From an uncultured delta proteobacterium (lineage in GTDB: Bacteria > Desulfobacterota > Binatia > UBA9968): a DNA stretch of 64,000 nucleotides. Numbering within the stretch: position 1 is the stretch's first letter; each line of letters starts with the position of its first letter. The notes below the pieces were generated by a model. That model saw only the letters and a list, made by a program, of their open reading frames with translations, had not been told where the DNA came from and made no database searches. The stretch spans positions 192,001-256,000 of the forward strand of contig CAWDPO010000045.1 of assembly GCA_963804165.1 (NCBI GenBank), read 5' to 3'. Made by a program: the position numbers and the translations under genes. Of the stretch, positions 1 to 9,639 are shown piece after piece.

Positions 1-1383
1 TATGTTTTCGAGCGCGGCTTGAATATTTTCTCTGAGGATCCCGAGACGTCGGTAAAGCAACATTTGTCGTCGCACGGCATCGCGCGCTTGCTCCGACGCG
101 CCGGAAACCGCCTTCTTGTAGGCTTGGCCGACCCGATTCGGCCTGCTCGACGTCAAGCAGATCAGATCCGCGGTGCTGATCTCGACCCAAACATCAGTTT
201 TGTCGATACGCTGTAGAGCCGTTTGCTTCGACTCGATCGCTAACCGGACGCCGGCGGCGAGATCGCTGCGCAACTCTTTGAGCTTTTGCAGCTTTTGTGT
301 CGCTTCTTCCCTAGTATCAAAGCTATCCTCCCAGACGCCCGGCTGTACCTGCGCCAGCTCCGTCAACATAGTGACCATCGCCAATGCGTTGAGGCCCGAG
401 TAAAAATGATTGCGGTCTTCGATGAAACCCGCGCGGTAAAGGTCGAAAGACTTCTCCAAATACGGCGAAGCGAGAGCCGACTTCTGCGCCACGTCCAATT
501 CCGTCAAATTCGCCCAACTCTGCTCCCATTGATTTTTTGCGTTTCGTCCCATTAAGGCGCGAATCTCGGCGCGTTGGCCCGCAGAAATCTCCTTGTTCTG
601 AAGCGCGCGTTCGACGGCTTGATCCGAGCTCACCAGATCGCCGTGCCGTTGAAAGATCGTGCCCAGAAGAATGTTTGCTTCCGCGTCCATATCGTCATAA
701 TCGCGCACTGCGGTCCACGTGACCTTGGCGCCAGGCCAGTCTTTCAAGCGAAATTGCGCGTGGCCGACCAGACGTAAGCCGGCTGCGCGCCATGCAAAAC
801 CGTCGACCTCCGCCGCCAAAAGCTGTAGGTCGCCACACTGTTTGGCTGCCTCCACCCTCTCGACCTCTTCGCGAAAATCGAGCGGAACGACCAGGACTTT
901 GTTAGGATCGGCAGGCTCCAATCCGGGAAGCAGTTGGAAAATCGGGCTATCGGCGTTCTGCGAGTCCAAGGTTGTTTTGAGCGCGGCAGCGAGGATGTCC
1001 ACAGCGCCGCCCGGACTCTTGGCGTCATAAGACAAATAGCGATCGGTCTTCAGATCAAACGGCACGTCCGTTTCTCGAGGCATACCTTCACTGTCTACAA
1101 TAGATTTGATGAGGAACGTGCGTTTATCTCGCAAAGCATGGCGAATGCCCAATTCGTAAAATACATTGGCGTTATGGATCGAGATATCGGCGATGACGAG
1201 ATCGGCGATGAGCAGTTGTTCGAACATGTCGGCGCGGATGTTTCCTTGCTGGATAAACCGCCCCGTGGTGCCGCCCCTCAAACCCGCCCGGTCCATGGCC
1301 GGACGAATGAGATCGTTTTCGACGCGGTCGAAGTCGATTCCACTCTTGGTACCGAAGGGACGTACGATAAACACGTTCAACAT
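1..1383 (-). CDS. Nucleoside 2-deoxyribosyltransferase-like (DRHyd) domain fused to TPR / DUF4071 (TPR-S, MAP3K TRAF-binding-like) region; 3' end runs off the window
   Basis: Absent from the ORF track. Hand translation from ATG 1383 is open to base 1: MLNVFIVRPFG...ADLVIADISIHNANVFYELGIRHAL...VPFDLKTDRY, then a TPR-like segment (EANILLGTIFQRHG) and GRNAK..W / HFYSGLNALAM. Confidence 0.8.
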   Translation of the reverse strand, partial: MLNVFIVRPFGTKSGIDFDRVENDLIRPAMDRAGLRGGTTGRFIQQGNIRADMFEQLLIADLVIADISIHNANVFYELGIRHALRDKRTFLIKSIVDSEGMPRETDVPFDLKTDRYLSYDAKSPGGAVDILAAALKTTLDSQNADSPIFQLLPGLEPADPNKVLVVPLDFREEVERVEAAKQCGDLQLLAAEVDGFAWRAAGLRLVGHAQFRLKDWPGAKVTWTAVRDYDDMDAEANILLGTIFQRHGDLVSSDQAVERALQNKEISAGQRAEIRALMGRNAKNQWEQSWANLTELDVAQKSALASPYLEKSFDLYRAGFIEDRNHFYSGLNALAMVTMLTELAQVQPGVWEDSFDTREEATQKLQKLKELRSDLAAGVRLAIESKQTALQRIDKTDVWVEISTADLICLTSSRPNRVGQAYKKAVSGASEQARDAVRRQMLLYRRLGILRENIQAALENI

Positions 1384-1933
1384 GGCGATGCCTTTCGACG
1401 ATTTGTCTGCTCACGCTGCTTTGTTGCTCATGCTCGCGTGTCTTAAATATCTCTCCCAAATTCGCGCCGTGAGATCGAACATCGGCGGGAACTTGCGCTT
1501 GCCCACCGCAGTGCAGGCGCGATCAAGCTGGAACGAACTGCCGGCGCCGAGCACTGCTTTACGCGTCGTCCCCGCGTCGTCCAGCAAGTGCTTGTCGCGC
1601 GCGAAATTCGGACACCCTCATGTCTCCAGGTATGAAAACCTAAGTATCATTCATTTGCTGCGCGCGCTCAACCGTAGATGCGCTGATCTACAATCCCAGA
1701 GCCGGTCGCATTATCGCGACGTCGAATTGCGGTGTCGGGCTCCCGTCACGGCCACCAAGGTCTTCTGTTAATCACGATTTCGCCGGCGATCAATCGGAAT
1801 AACGATGATCCTCGCGGGCGGAATGAACCGGCGCGTAAATTCGCTGATTGACAGCAACCCCGAACCAAAGGTATTGGAAGCACACAGTCGTCGGGATCGA
1901 ATTGAGCTATTAACCGTCAGGAGGGAGTACCAA

Positions 1934-3334
1934 GTGAACGCACAAAAGATCTTTTCACGCTTATGTACGGGCTGTTTGATGGCGATTCTTGCTGCCGCCA
2001 GCGCGTTCGGCCAGCCGCAGATTCTCGGCGGAGCGAAAGAGCGCCAACCCGGCTACGGCGAAATGGAGAACTTCACGATTCTCTCTTACACCGATCTCAA
2101 CGGCTGGGATCAAGCTGCGGAATTTCGCGTCAGCAAGGATGGCAAGCATGCCTACGTATCGAACTACCAAGGTTTCAGCATCGTCGATGTCAGCGATCCC
2201 GCCCGGCCGAAAGTGATTTCGCAAGTCAAGAATGATCCCAGCGTGCAGAGCCAATACATCGACGTCCTGGGAAACATTCTCGTGATAAACCAGGACGGGG
2301 TTCGCGATGAGAAGATCAAAACCTGGGACGGCGGTATTCGACTCTTCGATATCAGCGATCCCGCCAAGCCTCGCGAAGTGGGTTTCTTCAAAACCGATGT
2401 TGCGCCGCGGCGTGGCGTCCATGGATTTTGGCTTCACGAGGATCCAAAGCAAGGAAAATTTGCTTTCATCGCGACGACCAAAGAAGGCTACTACGACAAC
2501 ATTCTGATGATCGTCGACATCACCGATCCCGCCCAGCCAAAAGAGGTCGCGCGCTGGTGGTTTCCGGGGCAATGGACCGCCGGAGGAGAAAATCCCGGGG
2601 AAAACTGGGTCGAACCCGACCGCGGGCTGCGTGAAGGGTTGCCCAAGATCTGGGTCGCTCTGCATGATATCACCGTTTACAAAGACCGCGCCTATCTCGC
2701 TTACCGCGATCAGGGCGTAATTATTCTGGATATTAGCGACGTGCGTAAGCCGACCATGATCAGCCAGATCAAGTGGTCGCCGCCCGAAGAAGGTAACACC
2801 CACAGCATCGGTATCGTTGTCCCATCCCACGGCGGCAGACCCGATATCATCGTCGCTGGCGACGAATTGGTCCGCCCCGAACATTGTCCATTTGGTTACA
2901 TGCACGTCATCGACGTCCGCAACGAGAAAAATCCGGTTCAGATCTCTACTTTCCGCCTGCCCCTGAACAGGTTTTGCCCGCCCGATCGGCCCGGTCGCCG
3001 TTTTGGCATCCACGATGTCGAGCGGATGATAAAAGGGAATATCGTTTTCAGCGCCTGGGAAAATTCCGGCTTTTGGGCCGTCGATATATCCGATCCGCAT
3101 CAACCGAAAGCCGTCGGTCATTTCGTGCCGCCGGTATTCCGCAAAGTCAACTCTGACGCCGGTCATGCCGACGACGTTTTCGTCCACGACAACGGCTTGG
3201 TCTTCTTCAGTTCGTCCGACCCGGGTGGCGGCTTTTGGATCACGCGACATACGCCAGGGGTGAAGGCCACTGTCGAGTGGACACCCGATAATAAAGGCGT
3301 AAATGTAAAATATGAAAAGCGGCCCGAGAATTAA
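1934..3334 (+). CDS. Secreted LVIVD-repeat beta-propeller protein
   Basis: GTG after GAGGGAG; signal peptide ending ASAFG; repeated units IVDVSDPARP, LFDISDPAKP, IVDITDPAQP, ILDISD, AVDISDPHQP. Confidence 0.85.
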   Translation: MNAQKIFSRLCTGCLMAILAAASAFGQPQILGGAKERQPGYGEMENFTILSYTDLNGWDQAAEFRVSKDGKHAYVSNYQGFSIVDVSDPARPKVISQVKNDPSVQSQYIDVLGNILVINQDGVRDEKIKTWDGGIRLFDISDPAKPREVGFFKTDVAPRRGVHGFWLHEDPKQGKFAFIATTKEGYYDNILMIVDITDPAQPKEVARWWFPGQWTAGGENPGENWVEPDRGLREGLPKIWVALHDITVYKDRAYLAYRDQGVIILDISDVRKPTMISQIKWSPPEEGNTHSIGIVVPSHGGRPDIIVAGDELVRPEHCPFGYMHVIDVRNEKNPVQISTFRLPLNRFCPPDRPGRRFGIHDVERMIKGNIVFSAWENSGFWAVDISDPHQPKAVGHFVPPVFRKVNSDAGHADDVFVHDNGLVFFSSSDPGGGFWITRHTPGVKATVEWTPDNKGVNVKYEKRPEN

Positions 3335-3740
3335 CGCCAAACTCTGTCTTATTTTACTGCTATTCGGCGTCTTCCATTCCCTACCGGCGTTTGCCGGCCA
3401 CGGCGTGGAAGACACCGTCGACAACTTAAGCGCCGATCGCGTCAAGCAGCTCATGGACGCCGGAGAAAAGCTGGTGTTCATCGATCTGCGCCCGGCGAAG
3501 GAGTATCAGGAAAAACGTCTGCCCGGCGCGCGTTCGATTCCTCTCGCCGAAGTCGCAAGTCGGTTCGGCGAAATTCCCAAGAGCGGAAGAGTGGTCCTTT
3601 ATTGCGACTGCAAACCCTACGACGCCGCAGACCGCGCCGTGTTTTTGGAATATCGCGGTTATCGAAATATTTTCATCATGCCCGAAGGCTTCGCCGGCTG
3701 GGTCAAACGCGGCTATCCGCTGGAAACTGCCCGTCGCTGA
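3312..3740 (+). CDS. Exported rhodanese-like domain protein
   Basis: Signal peptide (AFA-GHG); IDLR..EY...LPGA.SIP, VVLYCDC and GFAGW...GYP rhodanese signatures. Confidence 0.85.
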   Translation: MKSGPRINAKLCLILLLFGVFHSLPAFAGHGVEDTVDNLSADRVKQLMDAGEKLVFIDLRPAKEYQEKRLPGARSIPLAEVASRFGEIPKSGRVVLYCDCKPYDAADRAVFLEYRGYRNIFIMPEGFAGWVKRGYPLETARR

Positions 3741-4099
3741 TGCCGCGATCTTGGCTTTCTGCGACTTTTATCCTGCTGCTTGCGCCGTCGATGGTCTCGG
3801 CTCATGCCTATCTCGTCAAGTCGGTGCCGGCGCAACGCGCCGTGCTTTTTCGCGCTCCCGCTAAGATCCAACTTTGGTTCAACGAGCGCTTGGAGCCGCG
3901 CTACTCTTCCTTCACTTTGAGCGACGCCGCGGGCAATCCGGTCGAGATCGGCAACTCAGAAGTGCCCAGCGATGATCCCAAACAAATCTCCGCATCGATC
4001 AAAAGCCTCCCCGCCGGGCGCTACCTGATCAAATATCGCGTCCTCTCCGTCGACGGCCATGTGGTTCAAGATAAGTTTCCGTTCACCATCAGGCAATGA
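3740..4099 (+). CDS. copC: Copper resistance protein CopC
   Basis: ATG overlaps the upstream TGA; mature N-terminus HAYLVKSVP; FNE; YRVLSVDGH. Confidence 0.9.
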   Translation: MPRSWLSATFILLLAPSMVSAHAYLVKSVPAQRAVLFRAPAKIQLWFNERLEPRYSSFTLSDAAGNPVEIGNSEVPSDDPKQISASIKSLPAGRYLIKYRVLSVDGHVVQDKFPFTIRQ

Positions 4100-6135
4100 G
4101 TGAGCTATCGGCAGTCGTTCGCTTCGTTCATCTGACCGCTGCCGTGCTGCTTGCGGGTGGCTTTGCCTTCGATCTGCTGATCGCGGGCCCGGCGTTTGCG
4201 CGTAACCGCCCGGATGGCAAATCCCATTACCCGGATTTTTTGACATTTCAGGTTCGCCTCGCGAGATGGTACGTAGTAGTGGAATTCATCACCGCCATGC
4301 TCGCCCTCTGGCTGCAGACGGCCAGCGTGAGCGAATTGTCCGCGGGTGCATCATTCTCTCGCAGCGCCACCTTCACTCTGCTGGTGGAGACACAGTATGG
4401 AAAAGTCTGGCTAGTCCGGATGGTGCTACTGCTTGTCCTCGCAACCGTCATCTTCAGCGCTGTCCGCAAACGTAGCGCAGAAAATAATGTTGCCCTCCAA
4501 AGCTCAGGCTTCGTACTGAGCATTTGCTTGCTGGCATCGTTGGCTCTCGCCGGCCACGCTGCCGCTGGCGAAGGCATCGCGTTGCTGTTACTGGGGGCAG
4601 CGGACGCGTTTCACTTGCTGGCAACTGGTATCTGGTTGGGTGGATTGATACCGCTCGCGGCTCTGATGCGTCAATGCGTTCGACAACCTAATGCCGCACT
4701 CTTAGAGGTCGGGAGAGAAGCGACGCGACGTTTTTCCAAAGTAGGAATCGTAACCGTCAGCATTCTTATCGCCACTGGCGTCTACAATGCCTGGAATTTG
4801 GTCGGCGGATTCGCAGCACTGTTCGGAACACGCTATGGCAATCTCTTGCTGATCAAAATGGGCGCTATCATTCCCCTACTGTGCATCGCGGCCGTGAATC
4901 TTGTGCGGCTCAAGCCGAAAATTGTCGAAGCGCCACAAGCCCAGCCCGAAAAGGCAAATGCCTCTCTAAAGCAACTGACTCGCAATGTGATGATCGAAGC
5001 CGTGCTCGGCATATCCATCTTGCTCATCGTCGGCCACATGGGCGTCACACCGCCGGCCCGCCATGTCCCGCCCGACTGGCCGTTTTCGTTTCGTTGGGAT
5101 TGGAGCGTTCTCGACAAAGCGCCAAAGGCGCGTGCGGAAGTCGAGCGTGGCATGATATGGGCGGGAGTCGGTGCAATTGCGCTGATCACGGCTCTCACGC
5201 GCCGGCGCCGGCGAATCTTAGGCGCGGTTATCGGATTCGGCGCGCTCGGATATGCTAGCAACACAGTTCACACTGCGGTTTCGATTGATGCCTACCCGGC
5301 AACTTACAAGCGGCCCGCTGTCGCTTATCACGCGATCTCTGTCGCTAACGGTCGCATGCTGTATCAAGAAAGCGGCTGCATCGCCTGTCACGGACCCAAC
5401 GGCTACGGCGACGGGCCCACGGCACAAGATCTAAATCCGAAACCTGTCGACCTCACCGCCGCGCACGCCAACGCGCACACCGCCGGCGATCTTTATTGGT
5501 GGTTGAGTCACGGCGTCAAGCAATCCTCCGCCATGCCGGGTTTCAGCCAAAGCTTGAACGAAGAAGAACGCTGGGACTTGATCAACTACATGCGCGCGCT
5601 ATCGAGCGGCGACAAGGCGCGCTCGCTCGCGCCCGTGATCGAGGAGAATCCTTGGCTCGTCGCGCCGGACTTCGCCTATGGGACCAATGCCGGCGAACCG
5701 AGCACCCTTAAGGACCACCGCGGCGACAAGATCGTCTTGCTCGTGTTGCTCAATCTGCAGGACACTGAAAAACGATTGAAAGAAATCGCCAACGCCCTGC
5801 CGCGACTGCAGTCCGCCGGTGTCGAGATGATCGTGGTTCCAAAGGTGACCGATCAGCTTTTCGTTGCCAACAAGGCACCGGGCCTTATCGTAACGGAAGG
5901 GATCAGGGAAATCACGGAAACCTATACTCTCTTCGCTCGCTCATTCGCCGACGAGAATTTACTCTCGGCCACACCTCATGTGGAATATCTCATCGACAGA
6001 CAAGGCTACATCCGTGCGCGCTGGCTGCCCGCCGAAAACGACGCATGGCGCAAAAGCGAGTCGCTCATGGCGCAAATCGATCTGCTGCGTAAAGAGAAAC
6101 CCCGCGCCCCCGCACCCGACGAACACGTGCACTAG
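4096..6135 (+). CDS. copD: CopD family membrane protein fused to cytochrome c and a C-terminal redoxin-like domain
   Basis: CopD motifs (GHAAA, HLLATGIWLGGL, RFS, YGNLLLIK); heme motif CIACH with MPGF; PDF...EYLIDRQGYIRARW redoxin fold without CxxC. Confidence 0.85.
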   Translation: MSELSAVVRFVHLTAAVLLAGGFAFDLLIAGPAFARNRPDGKSHYPDFLTFQVRLARWYVVVEFITAMLALWLQTASVSELSAGASFSRSATFTLLVETQYGKVWLVRMVLLLVLATVIFSAVRKRSAENNVALQSSGFVLSICLLASLALAGHAAAGEGIALLLLGAADAFHLLATGIWLGGLIPLAALMRQCVRQPNAALLEVGREATRRFSKVGIVTVSILIATGVYNAWNLVGGFAALFGTRYGNLLLIKMGAIIPLLCIAAVNLVRLKPKIVEAPQAQPEKANASLKQLTRNVMIEAVLGISILLIVGHMGVTPPARHVPPDWPFSFRWDWSVLDKAPKARAEVERGMIWAGVGAIALITALTRRRRRILGAVIGFGALGYASNTVHTAVSIDAYPATYKRPAVAYHAISVANGRMLYQESGCIACHGPNGYGDGPTAQDLNPKPVDLTAAHANAHTAGDLYWWLSHGVKQSSAMPGFSQSLNEEERWDLINYMRALSSGDKARSLAPVIEENPWLVAPDFAYGTNAGEPSTLKDHRGDKIVLLVLLNLQDTEKRLKEIANALPRLQSAGVEMIVVPKVTDQLFVANKAPGLIVTEGIREITETYTLFARSFADENLLSATPHVEYLIDRQGYIRARWLPAENDAWRKSESLMAQIDLLRKEKPRAPAPDEHVH

Positions 6136-6160
6136 CAGGGGCGCGACTCATCGCGCCCTG
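6135..6160 (+). repeat. Single REP-like palindrome
   Basis: GCAGGGGCGCGA-CTCA-TCGCGCCCTG resembles the GTAGGGGC REPs at 9455 and 12544. Confidence 0.5.
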
Positions 6161-6181
6161 AGAATCACCAACCCAAACACC

Positions 6182-6211
6182 TTGACGATAATCCGCCGGT
6201 GCGGCTATAAG
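6182..6211 (+). promoter_or_regulatory. Putative sigma70 promoter
   Basis: TTGACG-N18-TATAAG upstream of the 6300 gene. Confidence 0.45.
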
Positions 6212-6299
6212 CAGCAATCGATCGACAAGAATTCACCTAAGAATCGATGCCGGTGCAAACGCCATCCGAATCTCGCCTCGGTCGAAACGGAGGTCTCAC

Positions 6300-7835
6300 A
6301 TGGGAGCGAACTCTAGCAAACTGACTCGCCGGCAGTTTTTGCAAAAAAGCGCGGCTCTGAGTCTCAGCGGCTTAAGCCTCGCCTCGCGTCCGCGTTTGGC
6401 TCGCGCCGCGTCGAAGGAACGCGTCGTCGTATTCCAAGGCGTCGGGCTGGATTCGCTTCATCCCTACGCCTATAGCGGTGGCGGCATCAGCGGCATTTGG
6501 CAGCACGTGATCGAGCCGTTGATCGAAATGGATTACTCCCGAAGTGTATACGTCGGCGTGCTGGCCGAGTCGTGGGAGTTTCAAGGTAAGAAATGGATTT
6601 TCCATTTGCGCAAGAAGGTTCGTTTTCATGATGGCTCGCCGCTTACGTCCAAGGACGTGCTTTTTACCATCGATCGCATGATCAACGATCGTAAGAGCCT
6701 GCAAGCTTCCAACTTTGCCGAGGTGACCGGCGTCGAAGCTCCCGACGATTACACCGTGACGATCACGACCAAACAACCCAACGCGGTCTTGCTCGAACGC
6801 TTGAACAACCGCTTCATCGTCAGCCAATCGGCGACGGAAAAAAACGGCAATCAGCTCGATAACTACAAAACCGGCACCGGGCCGTACAAGCTGGTCAGCT
6901 GGCAGCGAGCTGGGAATTTAGTGCTCACGCGCAACGACGACTATTGGCGCGCCAAGCCGGAGATCAAAGAGGTTCTGTTTAAGACTGTCAAAGAGGAAGC
7001 GGCGCGCGTCGCCGGGCTACTAGCGGGCCAGGCGGATGCGATCAGCAATTTGCCGATCGAGGAAATCGAGCGTGTCGAAAAGAACCCGCGCACGCGAGTC
7101 GAACGAGTTCAGGGTTATCGCATGTATTTTTTGGCGATGAACGTGACCCACAAACCGTTCGACAACAAGCAGGTGCGCCAGGCTTTCAATTATTCCGTGG
7201 ACCCGACGGTCATCCTAAAGCATATTTTTGAAGGAAACGGTTACGCACTGAATGGTCCGCTGAGCTCGAACATGATCGGCTATGACCCGGCGATCAAGCG
7301 TTACCCTTATGACCCCAAGAAGGCCCGCGAGCTGCTCGCCAAAGCCGGCTACCCGAATGGTCTGGAGGTTAAGCTTTACCTGGCGCCGGACCGTCATTTG
7401 AAAGGCAAAGAAGTCTGCCAAGTGATTGCCCGCCAACTCGCCGAGAGCGGCATCAAAGTGGATCTCGTGCCGCAAGAGTACCCGATCTATTGGGGCAGAG
7501 ACGGCGTCAACGGCGGTAAATTGCCTTTCTATTATGCCGGCAGATCAGCCTACGACGCCGATACCTTTTACGACCAATATTTTCACACCGGGGTGACCAA
7601 ACGCACCGGCTACAGCAATCCGGAATTGGACAAGCTCATCGAGGAAGAACAGCAAACCGGCGATCATAAGAAACGCGTTGGAATTCTCCAGCAGGCCGGG
7701 CGTATCGTGATGGAAGACGCTCCCGTCGTGCCGCTCTACACGCTCGCGGAAATTTATGGCTTGGCGCGAAATATCATTTGGCAAGGCAATCCGAATAACG
7801 AAATCATTGTCGCCGATATGAAGATCAAGGGGTGA
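6300..7835 (+). CDS. ABC transporter substrate-binding protein, family 5 (peptide/nickel), Tat-exported
   Basis: TRRQFLQK twin-arginine signal; LRKKVRFHDGSPLTSKDV; GTGPYKL; NPELDKLIE. Confidence 0.9.
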   Translation: MGANSSKLTRRQFLQKSAALSLSGLSLASRPRLARAASKERVVVFQGVGLDSLHPYAYSGGGISGIWQHVIEPLIEMDYSRSVYVGVLAESWEFQGKKWIFHLRKKVRFHDGSPLTSKDVLFTIDRMINDRKSLQASNFAEVTGVEAPDDYTVTITTKQPNAVLLERLNNRFIVSQSATEKNGNQLDNYKTGTGPYKLVSWQRAGNLVLTRNDDYWRAKPEIKEVLFKTVKEEAARVAGLLAGQADAISNLPIEEIERVEKNPRTRVERVQGYRMYFLAMNVTHKPFDNKQVRQAFNYSVDPTVILKHIFEGNGYALNGPLSSNMIGYDPAIKRYPYDPKKARELLAKAGYPNGLEVKLYLAPDRHLKGKEVCQVIARQLAESGIKVDLVPQEYPIYWGRDGVNGGKLPFYYAGRSAYDADTFYDQYFHTGVTKRTGYSNPELDKLIEEEQQTGDHKKRVGILQQAGRIVMEDAPVVPLYTLAEIYGLARNIIWQGNPNNEIIVADMKIKG

Positions 7836-7907
7836 TAAGAGTTGGCGTGAGGGAGTGTTGGTTGCTCAATTCACCCAATCTTCCAACACTCCATCACGCC
7901 AATTTTC

Positions 7908-9407
7908 TCATCCTCTGCTCAGCCATTCACCGAGCGCTTGGCCGTACGGAGCCGCATCAAGTCCATAAACAGCGAAATCTCCGCTAAAGGCGGCTAACGC
8001 CGAAAACGCGGCATCCCCGTGTTTCCGCTCCTTCGTCACATCCGCGAGCATCAGGAAGAACGAAGCGGCGGTGCCGTTCTGATCGATTAACGATAATCGC
8101 GAGCCGAAAAACTCCAGTTCGCTCTTTCCGCGGTCGAAGTAACCACCGCCAGGATTGCTGAGATGCAAAAGAATAAACTCCGCTAGCTCTTTCGCGCGCT
8201 CGAGAAAGGAAACTTCGTTGCTAGCGCGGTACGCTTGCACCAGCGCGATTCCCATGCGCGCCTGATCGTTCAGCAAGCCCGCCGCGTGCGGCGCACCGTC
8301 GGAGTAATGAAACATACCTTGATGCTCGCTCCGATTGTGGCGCCAAAGATATTCGATAACGCTCAGGGCCCGCGTTTTGTACGTGGACTGGTTTAGGACA
8401 TCCGCGGCGGCTAAATATGCGGTGATCGCCTGCGCGTTAGCATCGGTATAGACGCATTCGTCGATGATGGCAAAGAACTCGTCAGTCCTCGCGTCCTCGT
8501 CCCGGCGCAGGAAATCCTCGCATCCAAAAAACGCCGGTTTTGATGCGTCAAAAAGTTTTTGGTCTAAGTAGCCGATGATTTCTTCAGCCATGCGCGCATA
8601 CTCGGGTCGCTGCGTGATGCGAAACAGCCGCAAGCAATTCCCGAGCAAACCAGCCTGCTCGGCCAACAGCTTCTCGCGGTGCGGTTGTACCCAGTCGGCC
8701 CCCGTCGTCGTGCGAAAATATCCGGCGTCGTTGTCATCGTAGATGGGACTTGCTCGCATCCGATCCAACGTCAGGCGCACATGCTTGAGACAAGCCGGTT
8801 CCTTGGTCGCTTCGTAACGGGATAGCAAAAAATCATTGGCTTCAGCCTGTATGAATTTTTGGCCTCTGCCATAGCCGCCGTTCACAAGGTCGGCTGTAGC
8901 CAAAACTACGTCCGTAATCTCTCGAAGACTTACGTTACTCGGCGAATCTGACGGAATTGTCGGTGCCACAGCGAATTCACTCGTGTCGACGCTTAGTCGG
9001 AACTCGTCTTTCCGCTGCTCATACTCCATGTACACGTTAAGCAAAAACTCTTTGAACTCGTCGGTGGGAAGATAATTTGCCGCCGCGAGGAGTTTCCCGT
9101 TAGGAGTCAGAAAAGCGAGCGTCGGCCAGCCGTTGAGATTGTAGCGCGCGTCGATGTCGGGCCGCTTGGCGTTTTCCACCCGCAGCGAGACAAAGTAGGC
9201 GTTGAGCAACGCCATGTTTTCTCGGTCCGAGAACGCCCCTTCATCCATGCGCTGGCAGTAGCGGCACCAAAACGCCCCTAAAAAAAGCATGACGGGTCGG
9301 TCTTGCTCGCGCGCCTTTCGAAACGCGTCGTCTTCGGACTCGATCCAATGAATCAAGTGGGAGAGATTCGGATTTGGCGAAAAGCGAAACATAATGCGGT
9401 CGATCAC
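7908..9407 (-). CDS. Thioredoxin-domain protein, DUF255/YyaL family
   Basis: WCRYCQRMD; RPDIDARY..GWPT; PHREKLL; start uncertain (9392 or 9407). Confidence 0.85.
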   Translation of the reverse strand: MIDRIMFRFSPNPNLSHLIHWIESEDDAFRKAREQDRPVMLFLGAFWCRYCQRMDEGAFSDRENMALLNAYFVSLRVENAKRPDIDARYNLNGWPTLAFLTPNGKLLAAANYLPTDEFKEFLLNVYMEYEQRKDEFRLSVDTSEFAVAPTIPSDSPSNVSLREITDVVLATADLVNGGYGRGQKFIQAEANDFLLSRYEATKEPACLKHVRLTLDRMRASPIYDDNDAGYFRTTTGADWVQPHREKLLAEQAGLLGNCLRLFRITQRPEYARMAEEIIGYLDQKLFDASKPAFFGCEDFLRRDEDARTDEFFAIIDECVYTDANAQAITAYLAAADVLNQSTYKTRALSVIEYLWRHNRSEHQGMFHYSDGAPHAAGLLNDQARMGIALVQAYRASNEVSFLERAKELAEFILLHLSNPGGGYFDRGKSELEFFGSRLSLIDQNGTAASFFLMLADVTKERKHGDAAFSALAAFSGDFAVYGLDAAPYGQALGEWLSRG

Positions 9408-9454
9408 CCTTAACTATCACCGTTTCGCCGTCAGAAGAAACGTCGGGAATCATT

Positions 9455-9514
9455 GTAGGGGCAGACCTCTGTGTCTGCCCCATCGGACGGGCGATCACAC
9501 AGGATCGCCCCTAC
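9455..9514. repeat. REP doublet (REPIN)
   Basis: GTAGGGGCAGACCTCTGTGTCTGCCC followed by the inverted unit GGGCGATCACACAGGATCGCCCCTAC. Confidence 0.85.
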
Positions 9515-9555
9515 ATAAATTCACACTACTGAATTATTACCGATGCGCATTCGCG

Positions 9556-9585
9556 TTGACAACCTTCCGCGCCAAGACATAAGAT
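9556..9585 (+). promoter_or_regulatory. Putative sigma70 promoter of the grd-like operon
   Basis: TTGACA-N18-TAAGAT. Confidence 0.5.
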
Positions 9586-9639
9586 CCCACAGTCGCAGCG
9601 GTTGAATTGCCCGGCCTAGCCGAGCCAGAGGAAGAATCC

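Noticed and set aside
19-1771. Plus-strand ORFs in the first 1.8 kb
   Set aside because: They overlap the motif-rich minus-strand gene 1383-1 and have no recognisable features.
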